Counted from the stretch's first letter, positions 1 to 11,729 are shown. The stretch is DNA of 24,444 nucleotides from Tubiluchus corallicola (GCA_030141605.1 JAQGDQ010001815.1:1-24444), one strand, 5' to 3'. Notes: a model not told the origin generated them from the letters alone. A program made the numbers and translations.

Positions 1-243
1 TGTTAGAATTAATTTTTTTCATATATTTTTATGCATTTTGTGATTTTTTATGCAAAATTCATCAAATCTATACATTACTGTACAATACGTACTACGCATG
101 TGCAAAAATACTTTAGACGGAGTACCGCAAAAACCCGCGAAACAGCGAAAATACCACGATAAATATTTTACGTTAATATTTTTGAAAACCCGCGAAACAG
201 CGAGTCCACGATAAACAAACTGCAAAGTAGCAAGGGAGCACTG
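1..243. mobile_element. Right end of a pogo/Tigger-like non-autonomous DNA transposon (truncated by window edge)
   Basis: Ends ...agcaagggagcactg|TA (reverse complement TA|CAGTGCTCCCTTGCT, a CAGT-type terminus). Duplicated subterminal motif aaaacccgcgaaacagcga...ccacgataaa near 130 and 186. Partner TIR not in window. Confidence 0.45.
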
Positions 244-1178
244 TACTTATGTACATTAAAACCATATACAAAACACCTGGTCAGAGACGCTTTTGTCTTG
301 TATGATAAAAATGAGTATGTAATATATGACATAAATTACACTAGTAATTAATTTATTGTGTCAAACTCAGCAGATAAATGAAAATTAAGTGAAACTGAGG
401 TATTTAATTGAAATATGAACTAAACGATCGTTGTTGAAATAGGCAAAAACTGGGAGGAATTAAAAATCGACATGGCTGTGAAAAAGATCGTTTCACTTTG
501 AATAAAGAACAGTTATTATAATATCTGATATTACCACTATTCGCACCTCTGATGATCATTAATCAAAAGTGGCACAGTCACGGGTGTTTCTCAAAGTGAC
601 TCATTTTTTCAAGATTTTTAGAGATAAATGTTGACATTGAGGACGACCATTACGCTATGCAGTTATGTGATATTACTAAAGCATTTGGCAACGCTCAGCA
701 CAATCTTCGCATACATCAGGATGTACTCTGGACTTATTTTCCACCAAATTTACCGAGTGTTTAACCTCACAGGTCTAACAGCTGACCGTCACATATCTGA
801 CCACTGCTTTGTTGCAGCCACACTTTCACTGTAAAAACCGCCACTAGTCAGGAAGGTTTTACAATAAAAATCGCTTGCGATTCTCCGGATCAAAGAATAC
901 AGCACAAAGGTCAGCAGCATCAGCTTAAAAATTTTAACTGTAATGCGGACTCTGTTATTATGTGCCGTACAATACTGTTCTAGCTAACGGCACAATACAA
1001 ATTGTAATAATAATAATAATAAAGAGTGATAAGAGTTAGGGAAAAGAAATTAAATAAGGAATTATATTATCATTAAAATATGAAAAAATTGTTTATGTAA
1101 GTCTAGTGGTCAGTTATTGCTTCGCACCCTCTACTGTGGTGTAGCGTATAATTAACTACCAACGTGTTTTTATTTCAG

Positions 1179-1358
1179 AGGGATGCCACCGTGGCGAAGT
1201 TGCTCTTTTCGTCTCTCTTTACGGGCATCATAGAAAAGATCAACGACTTGCGTACAGAGCGGGAAGCAAACGCACTCGTAGCCGACATCAGCACTGCTTT
1301 TAACGACATGCTTTCTCAATCAACGGCTTACTTTCCATCGTTTATAAGCTGTTTATTG
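1179..1358 (+). CDS. PRKDC: DNA-PKcs exon 1 (in window), RDATVAKLLFSSLF...YFPSFISCLL
   Basis: tttcAG acceptor, GTaaat donor at 1359. Matches recalled human RDPIIAKQLFSSLF...FFPPFVSCI. Phase 0/0. Confidence 0.92.
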
Positions 1359-1698
1359 GTAAATTTTACATGCTTTCTCAATCAACGGCTTACTTTCCAT
1401 CGTTTATAAGCTGTTTATTGGTAAATTTTACATGCTTTCTCAATCAATTTTACATGCTTTCTCAATCAACGGCATACTTTCCATCGTTTATAAGCTGTTT
1501 ATTGGTAAATTTGACATACTTTCTCAATCAACGGCTTACTTTCCATCGTTTATAAGCTGTTTATTGGTAAATTTGACATGCTTTCTCAATCAACGGCTTA
1601 CTTTCCATCGTTTATAAGCTGTTTATTGGTAAATTTGACATACTTTCTCAATCAACGGCTTACTTTCCATCGTTTATAAGCTGTTTATTGGTAAATTT
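1305..1698 (+). repeat. 62-bp minisatellite (6 full + 1 partial copy) spanning exon 1 end and splice donor
   Basis: Unit acatgctttctcaatcaacggcttactttccatcgtttataagctgtttattggtaaatttt starts at 1306, 1368, 1430 (22-bp partial), 1452, 1514, 1576, 1638. Confidence 0.97.
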
Positions 1699-1924
1699 CT
1701 GTCACTTGTTTACGACTTATATGGAATTTTCATGTGCATTTACAATGCTTACACATTCGTCGTTGATGCACATTGGGTTGGTTATAGCCTGAGGTTTGAA
1801 AAACTGTCATCACTGAGGTAGGCAAGATCTAATAACCGGCAGTGAAGAAAGAAGTAATTAATTTTTTACTAACGTGTACGATTAAGCATTTGTTTATTAG
1901 CATTCTGTTGTATTTTCTGTACAG

Positions 1925-2136
1925 AGCATCTGCTACCAGAATGCGAAGATCATCAAACTGGATCCCGCTGTCATAGCAACAGCTAGCCAAACTAGCATGC
2001 AACAGAACACCGGTATCGTTCTCTTGGAAGAGATGTTGCTAGGAGACACGGAGGCGGCTGCCAGGCCAAACAAGCGAGCCCGTACTAAGACCACTCAACC
2101 CAGTCCGGAAACTAATACGTGGTTGGAGTTGGCACG
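1925..2136 (+). CDS. PRKDC: DNA-PKcs exon 2, SICYQNAKIIKLDPAVIA...TWLELAR
   Basis: tacAG / GTaggt. Matches human LDPAAVS...QQPVGIRLLEE...WVELAK. Phase 0/2. Confidence 0.92.
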
Positions 2137-2190
2137 GTAGGTTGATATCATCTGAAGTTTGTTAATAGAGAAGATGAGAAGGAAAGAGCT

Positions 2191-2284
2191 GAGAGAGAGA
2201 GAAAGAGGGGGGAGGGAGGGAGGGAGCGAGAGAGAGAGAGAGGGAGAGAGAGAGAGAGAGAGGGGGGGAGGGAGGGCGAGAGAG
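2191..2284 (+). repeat. (GA)n/(GGGA)n polypurine microsatellite
   Basis: gagagagaga...gggagggaggg tract, directly visible. Confidence 0.95.
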
Positions 2285-2378
2285 ATGAAATTTCAAGGAG
2301 ACACAATAATACATGCTAAGATGGTGCATTATATTACATCATTATTCGAAACAATACCATTGCCTCGTGTTTTACTAG

Positions 2379-2517
2379 GTTGCACAAATCGCTCGGAGAT
2401 TTCGACTTCTTGCAAGGAATTTTCAGCGACAAGATCGGTACGCAGAAGATTACTCACGATGCTTTGCAGGCAGAGGCCCGAGGTGACTACAAGACGGCTT
2501 TGGCACTGTATGAGCAG
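2379..2517 (+). CDS. PRKDC: DNA-PKcs exon 3, LHKSLGDFDFLQGIF...AEARGDYKTALALYEQ (FAT)
   Basis: actAG / GTaggg. Matches human LYRSIGEYDVLRGIF...AEARSDY. Phase 2/0. Confidence 0.93.
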
Positions 2518-3821
2518 GTAGGGGGTCATGAATAAATTTTTAAACAATTTAGTGAGCTGTTTTTTAAGGATTCAATGATTCGGTGTTGTGTTTGATTTGT
2601 ACAACTTCTTTGCACAGTTCCAGGAGTTGTGTACTGTGGCAGGGCCGGCACGTGTCTCATTATCAAGGCCAACTTTCTTATATGAGACACTGAACCGGCC
2701 AAGGTATCTTAGCCACTTTCAGATGAATGCGAAGCATTGGGTTACTCACTTATTGAATTTTTCTGCCCAGCTGCACGGATATGCCGTTTAGAACACCATT
2801 TAGCTTTACCATAGAATTCATTTCGTGAATATGTTATTTTGAATGTCATTTAGCGTTGTCGTAGATCAGTTTTATCGTAAAAAATTAGAAGTCGAAGTTA
2901 CTTGTGCTCTGTTGTGACGTCACAATATAGAAATTGGCCAAAAGTTATTATATGAACAACAATAACAAAAACGAGACCTGCTTGTAAGGTTACGTCACAA
3001 GCGAGTAACACAAAAATAGCTGAAGAGCAGCAGAAAAATCTGCCCAGAGGCATTTCTTCTGCCAGTCACTTATCCTTTTACAAACCAGTTTCTGCACTGT
3101 TTAACTGTCATTGCCAAACTTGCTGTAATCACTTAGTGGATGAGAAATTACGGGTTTTGTCAGTGGAATTTGCTTAATTAGTGGAAAGCTATAATATAAT
3201 TACTTTATAATATATACTAATACAATACAGATAGTCGTCAACTTAGGACACAGTTTCGTTTCAGTTAAACGCAAGTCTGACTCGTATGTTCAACTCGTGT
3301 GCCCCGTCAGATGATGTGTGTGTACGCGCACTAAATATGATGACGCCTACAGATTACTTTATCAAAACAGATTGCAATTTAGAGTAGTTTGCTTAAAAAA
3401 TAGAAAAAATGTGATATATTATTAGTTTTGAATGATTAATTAATTTTAAGTTGTAGTTTGGTCATAAAGTTGAACATTCATAAGTTACATAGGTCATAAC
3501 TCGACAACTGCATGTAATAATAATAAATCTACTGGCTAATTCTATCACTCTATTTAAAAATCTATTAAAAAGTCTACTTTTTTTGTTGCTGGCCTTGATT
3601 CTACTGTTTGCTACTGTGCAATATTTCGTGCTGTTAATGTTACTAGATGAAAAAGTTATTTAATTTTTTTTGTTGCTTGCTAGGTGTGTAGTGAAAAACC
3701 AACTCACTGCTAATCTAACGACATCTGCTGGCCATGTAAACATAATCTCTACCTTTAAGCTTTGGTGATATTTGAGTTTCTGTGTAGTAAGTTTTACTGA
3801 AAATGTTATCTGCTTTTGTAG

Positions 3822-4010
3822 GCAACCAGTAAGGATTCTTGGCCAGATGGTGCACCTTCTCAAGCTGAACAAGATCTCTGGGATGTCTCTCTTTTAAAAT
3901 GTCTTGATAACTTGACTAGATGGGATGCATTGAAGGAAATGACAGTCCGCGGTTTTGATGATAGTGAATTACCAAACTTAGACAAAGTGTGGACGGACAC
4001 ATATTATCAG
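3822..4010 (+). CDS. PRKDC: DNA-PKcs exon 4, ATSKDSWPDGAP...LDKVWTDTYYQ
   Basis: tgtAG / GTaatt. Matches human DWVDGEP...LNKIWSEPFYQ. Phase 0/0. Confidence 0.93.
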
Positions 4011-4736
4011 GTAATTAGATACTTTCAACGTTCGTGTCTCATGGCAATGTGTGGAAAAACTTCCGGTTATTTTTTCAATTTAAGGCGTAAATTGTGATAC
4101 TTGTTCCCCGAAATAGCAACTGCTGCATCGTTGCTAGAACTGCCTTAATTTCTTTTTAAGTAATTTTCTTTCATATGCAAACTTTGCCAAACAAGGACTG
4201 TATAGCAGTTTTGAATGCCATGACTAAACTTCAGTATCTAAATTGCGTTGCTGTAATATATTTATTCAAGAGAAAATGAGTGAGCACTTTTCCAAATTTA
4301 TATATGATTATAATATCATTTATAAGAGAATGAACTATTTGTTTTCATTATTAAAGTAAATAAAGCTATTTAAAAGACTGCAAATTTAATCAATAAAATT
4401 ATAATTCATGAAACCTGGCATTAACGTTGTGGAAATAAAATAAACCAAAAAATGTTCACACCATTTATCATATCATCGTAATAATAACTAAAATCAAAAT
4501 GAGAACGTAAACTATGTTGTAGCTTACTTGCTGCTCAATTAATTCGCCTTTGTATTTACAAATTGCAAGTCAAATTTATGATACTAGCTTCATTCGTGGA
4601 TGAATTGAATCACCTAAAAGTGGCATCATGTGGTAGTATCTCCAATTTGTTTTTTTAACTATAATATACCAGAAAAGGAGCCAGTTGCAGATTTTGCAGA
4701 GTTGAGAATTTTCAAATCTCATCTCACTTTGTTTAG

Positions 4737-4961
4737 GAAAATTATCTCCCGTGTTTGTTACGATCTGGCGTTAAAGGGTTAATGGAACTGCCGAACGACC
4801 AATCACTGTTGACATTCGTCGACAAATCGCTGGGTAATCCGGACCGAAAAGCGCTGTTAGAAAGCTGGTACAGCGAGGAGCTGGCTATGCTGTATGTTAT
4901 ACAGAAGAATTACGATCGTGCTCGATACTACGCCACAAACTGCTTGCGCATTTTCCTGCAG
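4737..4961 (+). CDS. PRKDC: DNA-PKcs exon 5, ENYLPCLLRS...DQSLLTFVDK...DRARYY...IFLQ
   Basis: tttAG / GTgggt. Matches human ETYLPYMIRS...DQSLLTFIDK...DRAKYY. Phase 0/0. Confidence 0.94.
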
Positions 4962-6551
4962 GTGGGTTTATTCATTTCTCACATTTGTGTTACTCGTACT
5001 AACTTTCTTCATTTTTCTATTTATAATGAATTTCTTAGCTAGAACTGTTGCTTTCATAAAATTTTGTGCACAGTGGCGACTGGTAGCTAAAACTACTGGG
5101 GGTGCTGCTTCAGAAAATTTCCAGCTATTGTTTTGATGCTGTGTAAAACGTAACTAATTAATGTAATGTAAATGTTGTAGTTATGTTTGAAGATCTGGTG
5201 TTGAACGGTCTCTTTTCTTAACTGCAACTTTCTCATAGAGAGACAACTATGAAAAGTTGAGCTGTTGTAATTCACTTACAGTCAGAGAACTTGTTTCTTG
5301 GGGATGCAAGGCGTCCATTATTAAATCATTTATGTTTTAAGCACACACGCTAAGTTTACACTTTATCACATCAAGGATATGATGGTACACGGTAAGCACG
5401 TGGCAATTATTACTGTGATAAACACAGTACTTTTCTACCTAGCAGCAGACTGCAGCGTGTTATCTCAGATATGTGCGTATGGCCATTGAACACCATGTTC
5501 CTTGGGCTGTGAAGCAAACAGTACTACTCTCACGTGCTCCAGTTCCGCACAAGTATAACAAAAGGAGGACGAAAGAAAAAAGACATATTATATTGAATAT
5601 TATCTATAATAATGAGTGAGAAATAGTGGGTGCTGCAGTACCACAGTACCTATACACAAGCCACCACTCTTTATGCATATATGTTTTTGCAAATGCATTT
5701 GAAGCCAAAGCCTTTACCTGACAATACATGGCTTCCTTTTTATAGAACAATTTACCCGATGCCGTGAGCTCCTGTTATTCACATAATTCTACTTAATTGA
5801 TTGAAAGTTTTATTTATCTCTATGCGGGTACCACTATGTTTTAACTTTTTTAAAATTTTCTCTTATTTGCTGGTTTAATCATTTTTAGTTCTTAATATGA
5901 TAGGTGCTTAATCATATTTACAGTTAAAAATGCAATATATTTTTCCGTACGAACGGATGACGTAACATTATGAACTTTCCCAATTTTTTCTCATAAATGC
6001 TGAACTGCCTATCTGATCAACTTCAGTTATTTATATTTATACGACTTAATCAATTATAAAACTATAGTAGTAATGTTAACATCATTGAAAGCTTGAAGCG
6101 TACACTTGTAGATTGTGTATTTGTCATCATTAATTTATTATTGAACTTGGTGGAAGTTTTTAGTTTACGACTTCCACTTTAATGTACTATAATAATATTG
6201 CAATTTCGGTACTTCTTTTTTATAGTCACAGTCACTGAAGCGACATCTGGAGGATGAAATGCAAAGTTCTATGATTAATCATTTTTAGTTCTTAATATGA
6301 TAGACGTTTAATGAATGATGAAGTAATATTGCCGCTAATGCACCAAGGCTTGCTCGCTGTTTCCCTCGTCAAATTATTGATTATTCGTGAAATTGTTTGA
6401 ATACGAGATTTGAAGTTTTAATGAAAAAGTAACACTGTTTACACAAGCTTTTTATTGAAAGCAACATCATTATTAAAACTTTGCTTGTCCAATTATTTTA
6501 ATGCTCATTTGCTATATTTCGTATTGCTATATTTCGCTTGTATTTGTGTAG

Positions 6552-6660
6552 GACTGGGCAGCTATGGACACACTATTGGTGAACAATCGCTCGGCAAGAT
6601 TGCAAACTTTGCAGAAACTTACTGAACTGCAAGAGTTTCTCGATTTCATGGGCAAGAGCG
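6552..6660 (+). CDS. PRKDC: DNA-PKcs exon 6, DWAAMDTLL...LTELQEFLDFMGKS
   Basis: tgtAG / GTatat. Matches human SRLTKLQ...LTEIQEFISF. Phase 0/1. Confidence 0.92.
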
Positions 6661-7219
6661 GTATATTGTTTATTTTATTTGTATATTGTAATATTTGTGA
6701 TAGAGAGATAGGTGAAAATAGTTTAGTACTTTAGCAGCATTACTATGTTATTTATAATTTTTGTAAACTGTAACACTTCCTGTACATGTAACTCTTGCTC
6801 TTTTTGGGTGCTTTCTTTAGAACGTGAGCAAAATTTGGAGGAAAAGAACTTTCTGATCCTCTTGATTAAGACTAATAATGTTTAATTATTAGATAAATAT
6901 TAATATTATTATTTAATTATTAGCACCTCTAAAAGATGTATGTTTACTATACTCGAAAAGTTTCTAGGTTTGCATGTTTTTTGTGGCATAGCAGATTAGA
7001 GGTTTATTTTCATTTATAGATATCATGTTGAACAAACTTGCCAGAGGTGCTTGTGAAAATGATTATAACGATTGTGCTTTACTTCAATTCAATTACGCAG
7101 CTTAAGAGGAACAGAATTAATCAAGAAAGATTTGTTCAGCTAAACTTTTCTAAAGTCTGTTGGCTAGAACAGCTTGATATTTTGCTAATTAATCTTATTT
7201 ATATTATGTTTGCTTCTAG

Positions 7220-7331
7220 ACGATCACACATCTCTGTCGTCGGCTCAGTGTCTAGTCAACAAATGGGTGAACTGTTACCCGGACGCTGCCACAGATCCTG
7301 TTTCGGTTTGGGATGATGTTGTTGGTAACAG
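7220..7331 (+). CDS. PRKDC: DNA-PKcs exon 7, ...WVNCYPDAATDPVSVWDDVVGNR
   Basis: tctAG / GTatgt. Matches human [23 protein letters not shown]. Phase 1/2. Confidence 0.92.
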
Positions 7332-7380
7332 GTATGTAAGATGTAATAATGTGTTATGTGTTATAGTGTAATGTATCGTA

Positions 7381-8281
7381 CAGTGGTCGCCGCTTAATAG
7401 ACTCACTTTGGGACCGACGTGTTTTGACCAAATTAAACGAGTGAACCTATTAACCGATGGGTGTAGTATTACTGATATAGAAGTATCAGTCATCTGCTTA
7501 CTATGCACTGCAAATGTTTTAATGAGTTTTAGAAACGAAGTAATACCTAAATTTCTCTGTGCAGTTAAAAATTAGAAAAAATATTTTAAATTTTAATTTA
7601 GATAAGTGAATTAGCAATAAATTAAAAAGTATACTTTTCTAAGTCTGTTTATTTTCTCGCGAAGAAGTTGGCCCACAAAGTTCTCGTAATTATAAAAATC
7701 TGTTGTTGTGCATGACTAAAACAGTTCTGAATCGTCTGCTCACTTACATTGCTCTTATTTGCTGTACGATGTTTTATTCTTGTAAGTGACAAGGAATACC
7801 AGCTGATTACTGTACCTGCATCTTTGACTGTTAACGCATTATGCCCGAAAGCGTGATTTGCAACTAGAGCATCAAAAGGAAACCGCTAGTCAAGTGATTA
7901 GATGTTTAGCTTCCAGAAATTCTTTGGGTAACAGTGGGCGAGCGGGTATAAACCAGATTTGAAGCAAAACCGCTACGCTAGCGTATTAGCGCATGATAAA
8001 CGTACCTGCTTACAAACAAAACGATACTTAACATGATTGTTTCTGCATACATAGTGCACAAATAAAGAAATAAGGGAAGTAAAGATGACGTAAAAGTAGG
8101 AAAGGCTCTTTGGGCACCTACAAATGTCTTATTTTAAGTAGGTGAAGGAAAAATATTGAGTCAATTAAGCGAAGTTATTTGAGTCAATTACCGATAGTTT
8201 TTATATATATTTGAATACAAGCACCGTTCCAGACGTTTTTGAGTCAGTTAAGCGATTGAGTCTATTAAGCGGCGACTACTG
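7381..8281. mobile_element. pogo/Tigger-like MITE, 901 bp
   Basis: 25-bp TIRs with one mismatch (cagtggtcgccgcttaatagactca / tgagtctattaagcggcgactactg). TA on both flanks (7379-80, 8282-83). Subterminal tgagtcaatta-like repeats at about 8157-8255. Confidence 0.9.
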
Positions 8282-8826
8282 TATATTAAATTTAGCACAT
8301 AATTTAGTTTACTGTTTCATGCTTGGCCACCCAAGTTCCAAAATGTATAATAAATAAATGTCTTCACTCATTAGGTTCAATTAGTGCTTCGTTGTCAGAC
8401 TGCTACTAAACAGTGGTAATTTCTTAGTTTGTGCTGCAACACATTTGCAATTTTCATTTCTTTTTAAATTTTGTAAAGTGTAAAAAATTTAGCTTTAGTT
8501 TAAAAATTATATTTCATATTTAATTGTGTATTTTTGGGTTACTCGCTTGCAAAGTAACTCTACAAAGATGTCTGTTTCACCGAGATGGTGGTTCTCGTTC
8601 TCATTCTCATTGTTTACGTCATGAGTTTTGTCAGTTTTTATTAATTTGGCTTTACAATACATTTACTCTGGATTGTAAATTTTTATGAAAAAGTGGATTC
8701 CATGACAACAGTAAATAGTGTTTGAGTAACCCAATTCTTAGCATTCTGGACTAGTTTAAAAATATTAGTACTTACCAGCATTTTGTCAATTCCGGATTTA
8801 TAGTTTCAATTGTTTGCTGTAAACAG

Positions 8827-8989
8827 GTGTTTGTATCTGGATCATCTTGCACAACATTTAACCGGGAGAGATCCCGAATCCCAGCTATTTTTGAGGGAGA
8901 AGTTCCAGTTGTTCTCTGCTTACCGGAAAAGTGCCACAAGGCAGGGCAACTTTCCCGTAGCACTTAAGTACCTGAAGATTTCTAAACAG
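8827..8989 (+). CDS. PRKDC: DNA-PKcs exon 8, CLYLDHL...SATRQGNFPVALKYLKISKQ
   Basis: aacAG / GTaggt. Matches human CFFLSKI...SARKQNNFSLAMKLLK. Phase 2/0. Confidence 0.9.
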
Positions 8990-9650
8990 GTAGGTAGTTC
9001 GTTTGTACGACATGTTGTACTTGGAAAGTGTTGGGGAAGTATGCAGTAATTAATAGTTTGAACTAAGTACTGGGTGTCCCAAAAAATCTACTTTTAATCT
9101 TCTTTCGACTGTGGCATATTTGTCAAGTTATGAATTTCATGTAAGATTTGGCATTTGAACGTTTCTTTACATTTCATGATTAACTGTATAATGCTAATAA
9201 ATAAAATCTAGCTATTGAATCCCTCGTGTAGGAAAGCATCAGTAAGCATCGTGTCAGCTGGTGCCGTCAAATGCGTGCCGACATTCCTATGTAATACATT
9301 CCTAATAAGGACAGTTGAAGATTTCTTGACTTAGTCATAGACCAATGAAAAGAAAACGGCATTTGGGAAACAATGTAAATCTGTCCATCATTCAATTTAC
9401 CAAGCAAAAACTGAAGAAATACATTGTTGCTGATAAAAAATGAAATGAAGTACAAGAGCTTTGAAAATGCCAAAACATTTTTTACAAATTGTTTTTCACT
9501 AGTAGTGTATAAAAAATCAATAGTGAAATTATTTTAGTGCGAATTGAAAAGACACTGGTATAATTTTACTATAAATAAGCTGTGTTACGTAATATTTACT
9601 GTTAAACTTGATCACTAACATTATCTCTATGATTGTCACATTTTTTACAG

Positions 9651-9792
9651 ATTCCGGCCAAACTTAAATCTAAAGAACTGGAGGTTAAATGGATCCACGG
9701 ATACGGCGACTATGTGCAACGGATGAGTAAGGATTTGACTAAGGATCCAATAAGCAAGATTAGTAGAATCATCGATACGTTCAGACAGTTTG
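9651..9792 (+). CDS. PRKDC: DNA-PKcs exon 9, IPAKLKSKELEVKWIHGY...DTFRQF
   Basis: ttttttacAG / GTattg. Open frame, phase 0/1 fits neighbours. VKWIHGY resembles human VSWVQSY. Confidence 0.85.
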
Positions 9793-10055
9793 GTATTGCA
9801 TTTTGTTACTAATAAATAATTTTTTATATATTATTAGCTACTTACTTTGACTATTTATTATTAATAATACTTGTTATTATGTTACTTATTTTTAGTCAGT
9901 TTTGACCCGTAGTGCAAACACATTTGGAAGCCAGGTATCGTAGTCATTGCATGGTGATTCAATCGAGTAAAGATGTCCATATTTTTGTTAAATTTAGTCA
10001 GGTATTTAGAGTTACATGGCGAAAACTGTGAGTTGTGTGTCTCAATCTCTTGTAG

Positions 10056-10249
10056 ATAAAGTTAAGGATTGTCTGATGTTGCTGGACAATGCTTCATTAA
10101 CAACAGATCATCATTTGCTGAGAAGCCGCTCCGTTGAGACGTTGGCTTCAATTCTGTTCACTGATGTAAAACTTTTGCAACAGCTTCCGGAGGAAACATT
10201 ACACCTGGTCATGAACATCGCCTGTGCAAACAGTGATCATACTCATCAG
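10056..10249 (+). CDS. PRKDC: DNA-PKcs exon 10, DKVKDCLMLLD...ANSDHTHQ
   Basis: tgtAG / GTatta. Open frame, phase 1/0 fits. Divergent FAT segment. Confidence 0.83.
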
Positions 10250-10708
10250 GTATTACAGTATATGTCGTATGGTTTGTAGTTTTTTCAAAGACTCTATGTA
10301 TGTGGTTGGCTGCTGGTATAAAAGTAATGAACAATGAAGACGCGATCTGGAAACATGGAAAAGAGAAGCACTGAAGTTTCCAAGCATTTTCTTATGTTAG
10401 ATATATAAGAAGCATTATTGCTTGCACTGCTTCCACTGTGCCTATGTCAGATGGCATTTTGCCTATGCATAATTTTTGAATACACTAGACTAATGTGTCA
10501 GCTTAGCTGCCGCTCTGATGAAATACATGCTGGAAATTGGCCAATTTCACACATAAATTTCGTCATGGTATTTTGAGACTGTGTGGCCTTGGGCAAAAAT
10601 ATATGTGTCTGTGTCTTCAAAACTTTTTTCTCATAAATGGATCTCATGAAAAATGCAATGCATTTGGCAAATTTAAAAAGTTATAAAGTTAATTTCTGTT
10701 TTTTACAG

Positions 10709-10862
10709 ATTATGAACGGTCTCGTACAAGCTGGGTACAGAGACGTCCAGAAAGCTTGTATTAGTAAAACGATGAATTCTGAATTTGTTGCTGCAAATTC
10801 ACCGGTTCATTTGGAACTGGCAAATTACTGCGATAAATTTCTCCGTGCCAAAGAAGATGAAG
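10709..10862 (+). CDS. PRKDC: DNA-PKcs exon 11, IMNGLVQAGY...LANYCDKFLRAKEDE
   Basis: ttttacAG / GTagta. Matches human LADFCDQQLRKEEE. Phase 0/1. Confidence 0.9.
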
Positions 10863-10879
10863 GTAGTACTGTTTAGTAG

Positions 10880-11396
10880 CAGGGATGAGAATTTTGCGCG
10901 GATACGCGGAATTCCGAGTTTGTGGAAGACCAGTAGTGCCATTTTTGTAAATCGCGTAAATTCGTTGAGAAAATTTTTACGAAGCCAGTACATTATTTCA
11001 CAAACTGACCGCTTGTTGGCAGACCGTCACTTTGTTTACAACACGTACGTCAGTGTAACCACGTGTATATCTCTATGTATAAAAATATAGAATCAATTGT
11101 GCGGAGTTATTTGAGTCAATTGCAGGCAGTTTTTATATACTTTTGCATAGGAGCGGCCAGTACTTAGGCGTTTTTGAGACAATTAGGTATCATGTATCTT
11201 TGATAGTTGGGTATTTTAAATTATGCATGAAACAAGGTAATTGATATTTTAAGTCCACTTAGAGGCTCTCTATGGTCACAAAATTGCAATTTGTTGCTGG
11301 TTCTAAGGGGGCTCCCTTGAACCCCATTGGGGGCCTATATAACCCCAAAACCCCCGGCCTGTTTCAGTTTTTTGCAGTTTGTCATTCTCATCCCTG
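10880..11396. mobile_element. Non-autonomous DNA transposon with CAGGG termini (hAT-like)
   Basis: 13-bp perfect TIR cagggatgagaat (10880-92) / attctcatccctg (11384-96). Direct repeat tagtag at 10874-79 and 11397-402. Confidence 0.75.
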
Positions 11397-11565
11397 TAGT
11401 AGGTTTAAGTACCTTTTAGTAACTTTAAGCTGTCTATTCTCATAATTGATATTTTTCACAATTTCTCGTATTGAAAGCAGCAAGCAAATTGTAATTATTT
11501 TGAGTTGAAATATTTTAAAATGGAAGTTGACCGTAAAGAATCATGAAGTACGTTTGACATTTCAG

Positions 11566-11729
11566 AGGCTGCGTACAGTTTTATGTTGCTGGATGGTTTT
11601 CCGGAAATCGTGATAAACTCCACTCTGCATTCCATGAAGCACAATTCAGCCGAAGCTCGTCAAAGATTTCCGCGCTTGCTGCAGCTGGCCGAGCTACATC
11701 CTAGTGTTTTTAGTAAATTTATTAGTAAA
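11566..11729 (+). CDS. PRKDC: DNA-PKcs exon 12, ...NSAEARQRFPRLLQL...FISK
   Basis: ttcAG / GTgagt. Matches human NSNEARLKFPRLLQI. Phase 1/0. Confidence 0.93.

Noticed and set aside
1370-1617. ORFs 1370..1555 and 1432..1617 as separate small proteins
   Set aside because: They are translations of the 62-bp repeat copies of the exon 1 end.
1305-1698. CRISPR-like array (also considered for 13401-13658 and the 21-bp arrays)
   Set aside because: Units are head-to-tail with no unique spacers, there are no cas genes, and the context is a spliceosomal eukaryotic gene.
2159-2521. 120-aa Arg/Glu-rich ORF
   Set aside because: Produced by the GA microsatellite plus an off-frame read of exon 3.
9069-9562. 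Tc1/mariner-like MITE (tactgggtgtccca ... aagacactggta)
   Set aside because: The putative TIRs match too poorly to support a call.
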